Assembly: GCA_038040345.1 (NCBI GenBank)
Contig: JBBPIQ010000002.1
Location: forward strand, 36,243-100,242
Origin: Chloroflexota bacterium
Lineage (GTDB): Bacteria > Chloroflexota > Limnocylindria > P2-11E
Reading direction: 5' to 3'
Length of the DNA: 64,000 nt
The notes below the pieces were generated by a model that worked only from the letters and a program-made list of their open reading frames with translations, made no database searches and was not told where the DNA came from. The translations under genes were made by a program, and so were the position numbers. Below, piece after piece: positions 20,640 to 31,400 of this stretch (its first letter is position 1; each line of letters starts with the position of its first letter).

Positions 20640-21536
20640 ATGAGCATGCGGGTGCAGGTGGCCCCGTGTGACCGATACCGCCTCCGCGTGACGACCTGGG
20701 GCAGCGGCGCACCGCCGCACGCGATCGTTCTCCCTGGAATCTCCGCCGACTGGCGCGCGCTCGCGCCTCAGATCCGGCTTCTTCGCCACCTGGGCTGGAC
20801 GGTGCACGTCGTCGACCTGCCCGGGTTTGCGCTCCGCCCGGCGCTCAAGGCATCCGACGCCAACGTGATGCAGCTCGCCGACTACGTGGCGCGCGTCGTG
20901 ACGGGCCTCGCGATCCCACCGGCGCTCGTTCTCGGCCACTCGCTCGGCGGGGGCGTCGCGATGCATCTCGCGATTCGCCATCCCGACCTCGTGAGCGGGC
21001 TCGTGCTCATCGCGCCGGTCGGGCTCGGCGTCTCGCTGCACTGGATCTACAAGCTGTATTGCGTTCCGCTCCTCGGTCGGGCCCTTCTCCGGCCAAGCGG
21101 GCTGCGTCCCTCAGCGATCCGGCGCTTCCTCGTCGGCAGCCGTCGGCGAGATGACGCGCGGTTCATCGCGAGGCTCGTCCGTCACGGCATTGCCGCGCGC
21201 CCGCGTACGCTCTCCGCGCGCGCGATCATCTGGGCGAACCAGCCGCGCCGTTGGAGCAAAGCACGCGCGCTCCTCCCTGGGGGTGAGCAGCGCGGCATTC
21301 GAATCGACGATCGGCTCAAGGAACTCCGCAGAACCCCGGCGCTGGTGCTGTGGGGCGACGAGGATCGCGTGATCTCCGCATCGGACGCTCGCCGCTGCAA
21401 GGAGCTGCCGCTTGCGCAGGTCCACATCGTTCACGGCGTCGGCCACTCGCTGCCGCTCGAGGTTGCGGCGTGGGCGAACGATCACATCACGAAGTTCGTT
21501 TCAGCTCTGACCAGACCCGAGAAGCGCGCGGCCTGA
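20640..21536 (+). CDS. Alpha/beta hydrolase
   Basis: DLPGF, GHSLGG, WGDEDRVI and GHSL. Confidence 0.85.
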   Translation: MSMRVQVAPCDRYRLRVTTWGSGAPPHAIVLPGISADWRALAPQIRLLRHLGWTVHVVDLPGFALRPALKASDANVMQLADYVARVVTGLAIPPALVLGHSLGGGVAMHLAIRHPDLVSGLVLIAPVGLGVSLHWIYKLYCVPLLGRALLRPSGLRPSAIRRFLVGSRRRDDARFIARLVRHGIAARPRTLSARAIIWANQPRRWSKARALLPGGEQRGIRIDDRLKELRRTPALVLWGDEDRVISASDARRCKELPLAQVHIVHGVGHSLPLEVAAWANDHITKFVSALTRPEKRAA

Positions 21537-21546
21537 GCCCGACGGC

Positions 21547-23271
21547 CTAGTTCCGCTCCGAGCGCCACGCGGCGATCCGCTCAAACACGCTGCCGTCATC
21601 GAGCGCGATCGCGCGCCTGTTCCGTTCCGCCACGAGCCGTGCCGTGCGCGCCGCGCGCTCGGCGAGCCGCCGGCGTTCGGGAATGCCGCGCGCGCGCTCG
21701 GCCAATACGCGCGCGACGTGCGTGTGCGCGAGCGCCTCGGTGATCCGCTCGGCGTGGAGCAGGATCGGTCCGAGGTCTTCATCGGCGAGCGGTGCGCCGC
21801 GCAGGAGTCCGGGTCCCTTTCGCCGCACGAGGCGGCCCATGAGCGAACGCAGCACGCCGACGATGTGTCCGCGCGCGGAGGCGAAGTCGGATCCGACCCG
21901 GCCGTCGAACGACGCGTCCGCGAGCAGCCGGCTCGGGCCGCGGCCGAGGAGCGACCGCGGGCGCTGCAGCGTCGCCTTCATGAGGTCCTTGACGGCCATG
22001 AGCGATTGGATCTGCGAGGTGCCTTCGTAGATCGGCGTGATCAGGCTATCGCGCATGAAGCGCCCGACGTCGTACTCGTCGACGACGCCGACGCCACCGT
22101 GGATCTGCAGTGCGAGGCGGCACACGCGGACCGCGCCTTCGGTCCCGTACCACTTCACCAGCGGAGTGAGCTCGCGCAGGTCGCGGGCGGCTTGTTCGTC
22201 GCGGCCGAAGAGCACGAGGTCCTGAAGGACGGCGGCCGTGTACGCGAGGGCGCGCGCGCCGGTCACCGTCGTTTCCATGTCGAGGAGCATCTCCGCGACC
22301 ATGGGATGCTCGCGGATCGGCTTTCCCATCTGGACGCGCTGCGCCGCGTACTCCGAGGCTTTCTCGAAGGCCGCGGTCGCGACGCCTATCCCCTGGATGC
22401 CGACGCCGAGTCGCGACTCGTTCATGAACGTGAGGATCTGCTTCCACCCGTCTCCCGGTTTGCCGAGCGGTGTCGCGCGCGTTCCGTCAAAGAGCAGCGC
22501 ACAGGTCGGCGACGCACGGATCGTGAACTTGTGCTCGGCGCGCTCGACGATGTAATTCTTGTCTTCGCGGTCCGCGATGAACATCCCGAGACCGTCGAGG
22601 CCGCTCGAGCCGGCGACGCAGCGCGCGAGCACGATCACCATGTCGCCCTGTCCGGCGGAGATGAACTGCTTGCGGCCCTGAAGGATCCAACAGCCGTCCT
22701 GACGTGGCGTCGCGGTCGTCGTGAGGCGGCCGACGTCCGATCCCGCCTGCGGCTCGGTCATCGCGACGGCGCCCATGATCTCGCCCTTCGCGAGCGAGGG
22801 CAGGTAGCGCGCCTTCTGCTCTTCAGTGCCGAAGCGATAGATGAGCGCCGCCGGTGAATTCCAGCCGATGCCGTGCTGCACCTGCGTCGCGAGATCCGCA
22901 CGCGCGAGCATCTCGCCGATCATCATCACGATGGTGAAGGGCAGGCCCGCTCCGCCGAATTCGACGGGCACGGAGGGCGATGCGAGCCCGAGCTCCGCGA
23001 GACCGCGGAGGTTCTCCATCATCGGCTCGTTCATCCGTACCTGACCGTTCTCGCGGATGACGCCGATCTCGTCGACCTTCGCAGCCCGTGGGGCGATCTC
23101 GGTCGCGATGTACCTACCGGCGAGATCGAGCACCTCGCGCCACGTCGACACGGTCCCGGCGACGTCGGCGCCCGGTCCCTCCACCGCCTGGACGACACGT
23201 TTCCATGGGATGACCTTGTCGAAGACCTCGACCAGGTCCGGGTTACCGGTGAAGAAGTTCGACGCGGTCAC
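21547..23271 (-). CDS. Acyl-CoA dehydrogenase
   Basis: AMTEPQAGSD, GRKQFIS, QIHGGVG and IYEGTSQIQ. Confidence 0.92.
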   Translation of the reverse strand: MTASNFFTGNPDLVEVFDKVIPWKRVVQAVEGPGADVAGTVSTWREVLDLAGRYIATEIAPRAAKVDEIGVIRENGQVRMNEPMMENLRGLAELGLASPSVPVEFGGAGLPFTIVMMIGEMLARADLATQVQHGIGWNSPAALIYRFGTEEQKARYLPSLAKGEIMGAVAMTEPQAGSDVGRLTTTATPRQDGCWILQGRKQFISAGQGDMVIVLARCVAGSSGLDGLGMFIADREDKNYIVERAEHKFTIRASPTCALLFDGTRATPLGKPGDGWKQILTFMNESRLGVGIQGIGVATAAFEKASEYAAQRVQMGKPIREHPMVAEMLLDMETTVTGARALAYTAAVLQDLVLFGRDEQAARDLRELTPLVKWYGTEGAVRVCRLALQIHGGVGVVDEYDVGRFMRDSLITPIYEGTSQIQSLMAVKDLMKATLQRPRSLLGRGPSRLLADASFDGRVGSDFASARGHIVGVLRSLMGRLVRRKGPGLLRGAPLADEDLGPILLHAERITEALAHTHVARVLAERARGIPERRRLAERAARTARLVAERNRRAIALDDGSVFERIAAWRSERN

Positions 23272-25400
23272 AGGCTGAAGAACGGCCGTCGCGATCGCAG
23301 CGACTCGGTTGGTGCGAGCCGGTCGCCGCGCGACGCGGCCAGGCGCTCGAGCGCGGTCACGACTCGTTGCCGCTGCGCGTCCGCGTAATGGAACGGTCCT
23401 CCGAGGAACGGCGGGAACCCGAGACCGAGGACCGCGCCGAGGTCGCCTTCGCCCGGCGATCGGAGCACGCCCTCGTCGAGGCAGCGGGTGGCCTCATTCA
23501 CGAACGTGAGCGTGAGCCGCTCGGCGATGTCGCCCGCGGCCGGGTGCGTCGGTGCGCCGAGAAGCTCGCGCACCCGCGGGTTCGGCGTGCGGCGGCCCCC
23601 GTCGTAGAGGTAGAAGCCGCCGCCTTTGTGCTTGCCCTTGAAGCCTTCGGCCACGAGCTGTTGCACGATCGACGGCGCCGTCATGCCGCGCGCCTTCGCG
23701 ACCGTTTCGCCCGCGTGGCCGGCGACCTCGAGCCCGACCTCGTCGACGAGCTGCAGCGGGCCGACCGGCCAGCCAAACTCGGTCATCGCGCGGTCTATCG
23801 CCTCGATCGAGTCGCCCTCGCCGAGCATCGTGAAGGCCTCGCCGATCATCGTCGACAGCACGCGTGTCGTGTAGAAGCCGGGGCCGTCGCTTACGACGAT
23901 CGGCGTCTTCCCCAGCGCGATCGCGGCCGCCACCGCCGTCGCGACGGCGTCCGCATCCGCCGCGGCCGGCCGAACGATCTCGATCAATGGCATCTTGTGC
24001 ACCGGCGAGAAGAAGTGCATGCCGACGATGCGTTCGGGCGAACGCGCTTCGCGTGCGATCTCGGCGATCGGCAGCGCGGACGTGTTCGTCGCGATGACCG
24101 CTTCCGGCCGGAGGACCTGCTCGAGCTCGGCGATCACCCGGCGCTTTGTCGCGATCTCTTCGAACACGGCCTCGATCACCAGATCGGCGCTGCGGAATCC
24201 GGTGAGATCCGGTCCGCCGGTGACGCGGCCCACGATGCGCGCGGCCTCGCGGCGCTCGAACACACCCTTCTTCGCCGCGTCGGTCGTGAGCGCGCGGATC
24301 GCTGAGAGGCCCTTCGCGACAGCCGCGGCGTCGCGGTCGCGTGCTCGTACGTGAAAACCGGATGACGCCGCCGCCTGAGCGATGCCCGAGCCCATGAAGC
24401 CGAGGCCGACGACGCCAACGTTCGCGATCGCGCGCGGCTTCCCGAGCCCTTCGAATGCGGCCTTGCGCTGGCGGAGCGTGAGCACCACGAGCGCGGTCAG
24501 GCTGCGACCGGCCTCGCCGATCGCGAGCTCGCCGAACGAACGAGCCTCCGCGTCGAGGCCCGCCTCCATTCCCTTCGCGAGACCGATGGCGACCGCGTCG
24601 ATCGCGGCGAGCGGCGCGGGATAACGGCCCTTGGTCTCCGCGAGCGTCCGCGAGCGCGCTTGCCGCAGCGCGATGGCCCGCGCGGGCGCGAAGTACGTCG
24701 CCGCACGCTCGATGAGCGTCGCGCCGCCTTTCGGCTTCCGCTTGTTGTCCCGCGTCGCGTGATCGATCGCCGCGCGGAGGAGGACGGCGGGGTGAACGAC
24801 CTCGTCGATCACACCCGCGCGGAGCGCGCGCTTCGGCGCGAGCTGACGCGCCGTGAGGATCATGTCGAGCGCTCGCGGGAGGCCGATAAGCCGCGGCAGC
24901 CGCTGCGTCCCGCCGGCCGCCGGGATGAGACCGAGGCGCGTCTCGGTTTGGCCGACACGGACGTTGGGCGCGTCCGCCGCGATCCGCATATCGCACGCGA
25001 GCGCGATCTCAAGGCCACCGCCGAGCGCAGGGCCGTTGATCGCCGCGACGGTGACGAACGGGAGCGCGGCGAGGTCGTTCAGCACGCGCTGCATCGAGCG
25101 GCTCGCCTTTTCGATGTCGCCCTGCGACGTGCCGCGCAGCAGCGAGAGATCGGCGCCTGCCACGAATTGCCCGTCCTTGCCGCTCGAGATGACCAGCCCG
25201 CGCGGCCGCGCGTCGCGCGCCGCGGCGATCGCGGCGGCCAGGTCTTCCATAAGGCGCACGTCGATCGCGTTCACCGGATCTCCCGGACGGTCGATGACGA
25301 TCCTCGCGACGCCCGCGGCGTCCGCCGGGACGAACGTGACCGACGGTCGGCTCTCTGTCGCGACGGGTGCCACTCTGGCGGCGGTGGGCGACGCGATCAT
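23268..25400 (-). CDS. fadJ: Fatty acid oxidation multifunctional enzyme (enoyl-CoA hydratase/3-hydroxyacyl-CoA dehydrogenase)
   Basis: AGADL, GGGLE, GLGFMGSG, NTSALP, GMHFFSP and GFPPFLGGP; adjacent to a thiolase. Confidence 0.88.
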   Translation of the reverse strand: MIASPTAARVAPVATESRPSVTFVPADAAGVARIVIDRPGDPVNAIDVRLMEDLAAAIAAARDARPRGLVISSGKDGQFVAGADLSLLRGTSQGDIEKASRSMQRVLNDLAALPFVTVAAINGPALGGGLEIALACDMRIAADAPNVRVGQTETRLGLIPAAGGTQRLPRLIGLPRALDMILTARQLAPKRALRAGVIDEVVHPAVLLRAAIDHATRDNKRKPKGGATLIERAATYFAPARAIALRQARSRTLAETKGRYPAPLAAIDAVAIGLAKGMEAGLDAEARSFGELAIGEAGRSLTALVVLTLRQRKAAFEGLGKPRAIANVGVVGLGFMGSGIAQAAASSGFHVRARDRDAAAVAKGLSAIRALTTDAAKKGVFERREAARIVGRVTGGPDLTGFRSADLVIEAVFEEIATKRRVIAELEQVLRPEAVIATNTSALPIAEIAREARSPERIVGMHFFSPVHKMPLIEIVRPAAADADAVATAVAAAIALGKTPIVVSDGPGFYTTRVLSTMIGEAFTMLGEGDSIEAIDRAMTEFGWPVGPLQLVDEVGLEVAGHAGETVAKARGMTAPSIVQQLVAEGFKGKHKGGGFYLYDGGRRTPNPRVRELLGAPTHPAAGDIAERLTLTFVNEATRCLDEGVLRSPGEGDLGAVLGLGFPPFLGGPFHYADAQRQRVVTALERLAASRGDRLAPTESLRSRRPFFSL

Positions 25401-26638
25401 GCCGCTCGCTCCAGGATGATCGCCGCGCCGTTGCCGCCTGCCGCGCACGCTGTCGCGAGGCCGTATCTCGCGCCGCGACGCTTCATCTCGTGCGCGAGCG
25501 TCAGCACGATGCGCGCGCCCGTGGCGCCGAAGGGATGGCCGAGCGCGATGGAGCCGCCCATGACGTTCAACTTCTCAACGGGAACGCGGCCCACGCCGTT
25601 GCGCTCGAGAACGACCAGCGTCGAGAGCACCTGCGCCGCGAAAGCCTCGTGCATCTCGAAGACGTCGATGTCGTCGAGGGTGATGCCCGCTCGCCGGAGC
25701 GCGATCGGGATCGCATAGGCGGGCGCGATGAGCAGCTGGTCGGCCGGGTCGACCGCGGCGTACGCGTAGCTGCGCACGGCTGCGAGGGGCTCGAGTCCGA
25801 GAGCATCGGCGCGCGCTTCGCTCGCGAGGACGACGGCTGCGGCGCCGTCGGTGAGCGGGCTCGCGTTGCCGGCCGTGATCGTGCCGTGCTCGCGGTCGAA
25901 GACCGGACGCAGCGAGGCGAGCTTCTCGAGCGTCGAGTCACGCCGGATGTGGTTGTCGGCGGTGACGGCGTGCCCGTCGACGTAGACCGGCCCGACCTCC
26001 GGCGCCAAGCGCCCATCGTCCCAGCCCGCCGCGGCCAGCCGATGGCTGCGGAGCGCCCAGGCGTCCTGGTCCTCGCGCGAGATGGCGTTGATCGCCGCCA
26101 TGCGCTCGGCCGATTCGCCCATCGTGAGTCCCGTCGACGTCTCGCGGATCCCCGGCGCGACGGGTGCGATGTCGGACGCGCGTACATGTGCAAGGGATTG
26201 AGCTTTCGCGGGGAGAGTCTTCGCCTGCGACGCGGCGATGAGCGCGCGCGCGAGCCGTGGGGTCAGCGTGAGCGGAACGTTCGTGAGCGACTCGCTCCCG
26301 CCCGCGACCACCACATCGGCGTTGCCGCCGGCGATGTGATCTGCGGCGCTGGTGATCGCGACACACGCCGATGCGCACGCGAGGCCGACGGTGAACGCCG
26401 GAATGCGGGCAGGCATCGAAAGCGAGAGCACGACCTCACGCGCGAGGTTGTGATAGGCGACCGGCCGCGCGACGTTGCCGAAGATCACCTCGTCGACCTG
26501 GCCCGGATCGAGCTCCGTTCGCGCGAGCGCCTCCGCCGTCGCCGCGCGGGCGAGGTCCAGCACGTCGAGCTCGGCGAAGTCGGTTCCCGCTCTCACGAAC
26601 GGTGTCCGAGCGCCGCCGAGTATCAACACGCGCGGCAT
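25397..26638 (-). CDS. fadI: Acetyl-CoA C-acyltransferase (thiolase)
   Basis: RTPF, ACAS, HEAFAAQ, GHPFGATG and CAAGG. Confidence 0.88.
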   Translation of the reverse strand: MPRVLILGGARTPFVRAGTDFAELDVLDLARAATAEALARTELDPGQVDEVIFGNVARPVAYHNLAREVVLSLSMPARIPAFTVGLACASACVAITSAADHIAGGNADVVVAGGSESLTNVPLTLTPRLARALIAASQAKTLPAKAQSLAHVRASDIAPVAPGIRETSTGLTMGESAERMAAINAISREDQDAWALRSHRLAAAGWDDGRLAPEVGPVYVDGHAVTADNHIRRDSTLEKLASLRPVFDREHGTITAGNASPLTDGAAAVVLASEARADALGLEPLAAVRSYAYAAVDPADQLLIAPAYAIPIALRRAGITLDDIDVFEMHEAFAAQVLSTLVVLERNGVGRVPVEKLNVMGGSIALGHPFGATGARIVLTLAHEMKRRGARYGLATACAAGGNGAAIILERAA

Positions 26639-26677
26639 TGCGCTTGCACGGCTAGCAGTCAAGCGGGTTTCGACGTT

Positions 26678-28405
26678 ATGAGCATGATGCAGTCGGCAAG
26701 CCAATGGGAAGCGGCCTACGACCAAGGGGTCCCGAGGCACCTGACCTATCCCGGGTTGCCACTCCATGCCCTGCTCGAGCGCACCGCCCACGAGCACCCG
26801 GCGACCGTCGCGACCGTTTTTGGTGGTGCCGTGGGCCATCGCTGCATCGACGCGGCGATGACCTACCGAAATCTCGACGAGCTCGCCGACCGCTTCGCTG
26901 CCGGGCTCCAGCGCCTCGGTGTGAAGAAGGGCGACCGTGTCGCTCTCGTCCTCCCGAACTGCCCGCAGTTCGTCTACTCGTTCTTCGGCAGCCTCAAGGC
27001 CGGCGCGGTCGTCGTTCCGACGAATCCGCTCTACACCGTCCGCGAGCTCCACAACCAGCTCGCGGATTCGGGCGCCCGCGTGGTCGTTGTCCTCTCGCGT
27101 CTCTATCCGCAGGTCGCCGAGGCGGCGATCGGGACCTCCGTCGAGCGGATCGTGGTCACGAACGTGAAGGAGCATTTCCCCGTCGCGCTCCGCGTGCTCT
27201 TCACCGCGGTGCGCGAGCGCAAAGAGGGTCATCGCGTCGACATCAGCGGGGATGCGCGCGCGATGTGGCTCCGAGAGCTGCTCGCCGAGCGCAGCGCGCG
27301 CGTCCCGGTCGAAGTCGCGCCCGCTGATCTCGCCGTCCTTCAATACACCGGCGGCACGACCGGAGTGCCGAAGGGCGCGATGTTGTCTCATCGAGCGCTC
27401 GTCGCCAACGTTCACCAGTGCAAAGCGTGGCACGCGGCCGTTGGAAACGGCGACCGGATCCTCGCGATCATGCCGTTCTTCCACGTTTACGGCCTCACGG
27501 TCGTGATGAACCTGGCCGTCCTCAACGCGATGACGATGGTCCTCATCCCGCGTCCGGAGCTGCGACACATCTTCCTCGCGACCCAGAAGCATCGGCCGCG
27601 CTTCTTCCCGGGTGCGCCGCGGATCTACATCCTCTTGAACGACTCGCCCGAGCTCCCCAAATACGACCTGCGATCGATCGAGTGGTTCCTTTCCGGCTCT
27701 GCGCCGCTTCCAGTGGAAGTCATGCGCCGCTTCGAGCAGCTCACAGGCGGCAAGGTCCTCGAGGGCTATGGCCTCACCGAGGCTGCTCCGGTCACGCACT
27801 CCAATCCGCGCGAAGGGGTCCGCAAACCTGGGTCTGTCGGCATCCCGATGCCCGACGTCGACTGCAAGATCGTGGACATCGAGACCGGCACGCGCGAGGT
27901 GGCCGCGGGCGAGGCGGGGGAGCTGTGCCTTCGAGGGCCGAATCTCATGGACGGGTACTGGCAGCGGCCGGAGGAGACCGCCGCCGTGCTCCGCGACGGT
28001 TGGCTCTACACGGGCGACATCGTGCGCATGGATAGGGACGGCTACTTCAGCGTCGTCGACCGGAAGAAGGAGATGATCATCGTCTCCGGCTTCAAGGTGT
28101 ACCCACGTGAGGTCGACGAGGTCCTCTTCGCGCACCCCGCCGTACTCGAAGCTGCGGCCGTCGGCGTGCCGCATCCCTCGAAAGGCGAGGTAGTGAAAGC
28201 GTTCGTCGTGCTGCGACCGGGGGCCAAGGCGACGGCGCAGGAGCTCATGGACCACTGCCGCGCCAATCTCGCGCCGTACAAGGTCCCGGTCGACATCGTC
28301 TTCCGGGCCGAGCTGCCGAAGACGCTGATCGGAAAAGTGCTTCGACGCCAGCTCGCCGCCGAAGAGCCGGGCATCCCGAACCTCCCGCTTCCGCGCGCCG
28401 GCTGA
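26678..28405 (+). CDS. fadD: Long-chain fatty acid--CoA ligase
   Basis: YTGGTTGVPKG, EGYGLTE, GWLYTGD and GKVLRR. Confidence 0.88.
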   Translation: MSMMQSASQWEAAYDQGVPRHLTYPGLPLHALLERTAHEHPATVATVFGGAVGHRCIDAAMTYRNLDELADRFAAGLQRLGVKKGDRVALVLPNCPQFVYSFFGSLKAGAVVVPTNPLYTVRELHNQLADSGARVVVVLSRLYPQVAEAAIGTSVERIVVTNVKEHFPVALRVLFTAVRERKEGHRVDISGDARAMWLRELLAERSARVPVEVAPADLAVLQYTGGTTGVPKGAMLSHRALVANVHQCKAWHAAVGNGDRILAIMPFFHVYGLTVVMNLAVLNAMTMVLIPRPELRHIFLATQKHRPRFFPGAPRIYILLNDSPELPKYDLRSIEWFLSGSAPLPVEVMRRFEQLTGGKVLEGYGLTEAAPVTHSNPREGVRKPGSVGIPMPDVDCKIVDIETGTREVAAGEAGELCLRGPNLMDGYWQRPEETAAVLRDGWLYTGDIVRMDRDGYFSVVDRKKEMIIVSGFKVYPREVDEVLFAHPAVLEAAAVGVPHPSKGEVVKAFVVLRPGAKATAQELMDHCRANLAPYKVPVDIVFRAELPKTLIGKVLRRQLAAEEPGIPNLPLPRAG

Positions 28406-28411
28406 GGTTCG

Positions 28412-28840
28412 TCAGCTCGCTTTCTGCCTCAGCAGGTCCAGGATTTCGTTCTGGCCTTCCAAGATCTTGAGCTGCTGCTTCGACATCTGATGCAGCGCCG
28501 TCAACGTCTCGTGATCGGCCTCCGCGCGCGCGTCCTGCGCGGCCGAGATCACGTTCTGCCCGACGATGATGATCGGCAAGAGGACGAGTTGCAGGAAGTT
28601 CGACGAGAGCCAGTTCACGAGGACCGTCACCGAACCCTGCTGAATCGCGGCCGGCAACGCCACGAGTGCGACGAGCGTGAAAACGTAGGCGCAGTACATC
28701 GTCCCGACGATCTTCGTGATGCGGACCGCTACGGCCGCGTTGAAACGACCCATCCGGCTCGTGCCGTGGACGAGAGCGTGGACCTGTTCGGTTAGCACGA
28801 GCCTGGGGACGTGGGTCAGAGGGCTTGTCACATTCGTCAT
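28412..28840 (-). CDS. DUF1003-like membrane protein
   Basis: ITKIVGTM...WLSSNFLQLVLLPIIIVGQN...ARAEADH; SD GGAGG. Confidence 0.75.
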   Translation of the reverse strand: MTNVTSPLTHVPRLVLTEQVHALVHGTSRMGRFNAAVAVRITKIVGTMYCAYVFTLVALVALPAAIQQGSVTVLVNWLSSNFLQLVLLPIIIVGQNVISAAQDARAEADHETLTALHQMSKQQLKILEGQNEILDLLRQKAS

Positions 28841-28872
28841 AGCGTCTCCTCCAATTCGGTTGTGGGTGTCGT

Positions 28873-29856
28873 CTACGATTGATCTGAGTTCTGGCGATAA
28901 CGCATCCGTCGCACTCCTGCACCGGGTCTCGTCGGCTCGGGCGAGGGCCGAGTGAGAGGAGGCGTGCGGACGATGAAGTCGACGACCTCTCCCGGGTCCT
29001 CGAAGGATCTGACGAGGTCCGCATAACCGTCGCGGCGCGCATATGCCATCACGAGCTCGAAGGCCGAAGAGCTCTGCCGACCGAGCAAGACCATCGGACT
29101 GCGGCGGTCGCCCACCCAATAGCTGTTCTGCTCGGCGGCTTGGAATATTTCCCGCACGGTACCGGGCGTGTCGCTCGCGATGACCACGCCGTGGCTGGCG
29201 ATCGCGATGAGGCCCTCCTCGCGCATGCTGTTGGAGAAGTACTTCGCGATATGGGAGCTGAACAGGTTCACCGGCTCATCGGGATAGACCCACGTCGGGA
29301 CGCCGAGGCTCGCTCCGCCACTCGGTAGATCGGCGAGCACCTTGCGTGTGGCTTCGATGTACCGGGCGTGATCGGAGTCGAAAGCCGGCGCCTGTTTCAA
29401 GATCGTCAGCGCGGGATCCAGAGCACCGCGGTCCGCGTGTTTCGACGCGTAGGCGCCAAGGTTCGCTGCTTCCATGAGTCCGGGTCCGCCCCCGGTCGCC
29501 ACGAGAAAGCCGGCGCGCGCGAGCCGCCACCCGAGGTCGGCGATCAACGCGTACTGCGGGTCGTCGCGACGCGTCGAGTGACTGCCCATGACGCCCACGA
29601 CCTTCGGCGGGGCGCCTCCGTTGCCATCGAGCCATTCGGTCAGCGCGCGGTCGATGCCGAAGTCGTGAAGCCGCTGTGCGATGGCTTCGGCCGCGGAGGG
29701 CGGGTTGCGTCCGCCGGCGGCCACGAAGTGGCGAGCGATCCTGCGATCGAGTGAACCCTCCGGTTTTGACGGCGTGTAGCCCTGCATGAGCTCGTCGCCC
29801 GTGTACAGGCCTTTTCGCAATGGGTCAAAAGGCTCCGGTCGCGGAAGGGGCGGCAT
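28873..29856 (-). CDS. LOG/SLOG family nucleotide-binding protein
   Basis: GVMGSH, TGGGPGLMEAANLG, KYFSNSMREEG and PGTVREIFQ. Confidence 0.85.
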   Translation of the reverse strand: MPPLPRPEPFDPLRKGLYTGDELMQGYTPSKPEGSLDRRIARHFVAAGGRNPPSAAEAIAQRLHDFGIDRALTEWLDGNGGAPPKVVGVMGSHSTRRDDPQYALIADLGWRLARAGFLVATGGGPGLMEAANLGAYASKHADRGALDPALTILKQAPAFDSDHARYIEATRKVLADLPSGGASLGVPTWVYPDEPVNLFSSHIAKYFSNSMREEGLIAIASHGVVIASDTPGTVREIFQAAEQNSYWVGDRRSPMVLLGRQSSSAFELVMAYARRDGYADLVRSFEDPGEVVDFIVRTPPLTRPSPEPTRPGAGVRRMRYRQNSDQS

Positions 29857-29868
29857 GCGGGTGCCATC

Positions 29869-31371
29869 ATGGCGGAGATGCGTCTGCACTTTCTCGGCGC
29901 GACGCGCACCGTGACGGGCTCGCAATACCTGCTCGAGACGGACCGGGCGCGCGTGGTCGTCGACTGCGGCATGTTCCAGGGTAGCCCCAACGACGTGATC
30001 CGCAATCGCGTGCCGTTCGCCTATCAGCCGGGCGAGGTCGACGCGGTGTTGCTCACGCACGCCCATCTCGATCACTGCGGGCTCATCCCACATCTGTCGG
30101 CATCCGGGTTCCGCAAGCCCATCTACGCGACGAAGGGGACGGTCGACCTGACCCGCCTGGTGCTGCTGGATTCCGCCAAGCTCCAGGAGGAGTTCGCACA
30201 GAAGCACCAGCGCTTCGCCAAGAAGAATCCCGATCGTGCCGCGGTGGAGGACGAAGCGACCATGGCCGAGCTCACGGCCGCGACAAAGCTGGATCCCGCG
30301 GCCGCGACGCGCGAGGCAGCGCCGGCCGCCATCACCGAGCTCCGGGAGCCGCTGTACACGGTCGACGACACGAACACGGCGCTCGGTCTTTTCCGCGGTA
30401 TCGACTACGGGGCCGAGGTCCAGGTCGCACCTGGGATCACCGCGACGTATCTGGACGCGGGCCACATCCTGGGCTCGGCGATCATCCGCGTCCGCGTTAT
30501 GGAGGGCGGCCAGGAGCGGGTGATCGTCTTCAGCGGGGACCTCGGCCGGCCCGGCTCGCCGATCATCCGTGACCCCACCCCGGTCACCGCCGCGGATTGG
30601 CTGCTGATCGAGTCGACGTACGGCGGCAAGACGCACGAGCCTCAGGAAGAGGCCATCCGACTGCTGGGCGAAGCGGTGAAGCTGACCGGTGACGCGAAGG
30701 GGGTGCTGCTGATGCCTTCTTTCGCGATCGGCCGGACGCAGGAGATCGTCTACGAGCTGAATCGGCTGCTCACGGCCGGAACCATCCCGCACGTTCCGCT
30801 GTACCTCGATTCGCCAATGGCCCAGAAGGCCACCGATGTGTACCGGGCATACCTCGACTATTTCGATGACGACGCTCGGGCGCTGATCGCCGGCCCCAAC
30901 CCGAGCATCGACTATCCCGATGCCATCGTGACGAATGACGCGAAGGAGTCCCTCGCCATCGAGCAGGCGGCGCGACCGCTCATGGTCGTCGCCTCAAATG
31001 GGATGATCACCGGCGGGCGGATCGTCCAGCACGTCAAGGCGCTCGTCGGCGATCCGGGGATGATGCTGCTCTTCGTCGGATATCAGGGCGAGGGCACGCT
31101 CGGCGCGCATCTGCAGCAGGGCGCGAAGCAGGTGCGGATCGACGGACAAGACCTCGAGGTCCATTGCCAGGTGCGTTCCATCAGCGGTTTCTCCGCACAC
31201 GCCGACGAGCCCGAGCTCCTCGCCTGGCTGCGCAACTTCACGAAGAAGCCGCGTACGACGTTCATCGTTCACGGCGACCCAGCCGCGCAAGCCGCGTTTG
31301 AACCGAAGGTTCGCGCGCTCGGCTTTGCGACATCGGTTCCGGACTGGCGCGAGACCGTCGAGCTCACGTAG
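29869..31371 (+). CDS. MBL-fold beta-CASP ribonuclease
   Basis: VTGS, DCGMFQG, THAHLDH, AGHILGS, ESTYG and FSAHAD. Confidence 0.92.
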   Translation: MAEMRLHFLGATRTVTGSQYLLETDRARVVVDCGMFQGSPNDVIRNRVPFAYQPGEVDAVLLTHAHLDHCGLIPHLSASGFRKPIYATKGTVDLTRLVLLDSAKLQEEFAQKHQRFAKKNPDRAAVEDEATMAELTAATKLDPAAATREAAPAAITELREPLYTVDDTNTALGLFRGIDYGAEVQVAPGITATYLDAGHILGSAIIRVRVMEGGQERVIVFSGDLGRPGSPIIRDPTPVTAADWLLIESTYGGKTHEPQEEAIRLLGEAVKLTGDAKGVLLMPSFAIGRTQEIVYELNRLLTAGTIPHVPLYLDSPMAQKATDVYRAYLDYFDDDARALIAGPNPSIDYPDAIVTNDAKESLAIEQAARPLMVVASNGMITGGRIVQHVKALVGDPGMMLLFVGYQGEGTLGAHLQQGAKQVRIDGQDLEVHCQVRSISGFSAHADEPELLAWLRNFTKKPRTTFIVHGDPAAQAAFEPKVRALGFATSVPDWRETVELT

Positions 31372-31400
31372 GTTCGATCGCCGAGGGGTCACACTGAAAG

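Noticed and set aside
25367-28405. 1012-aa and 952-aa giant overlapping ORFs
   Set aside because: They are antisense read-through extensions of fadD and fadI in GC-rich DNA; the real starts are about 26678 and 26638.
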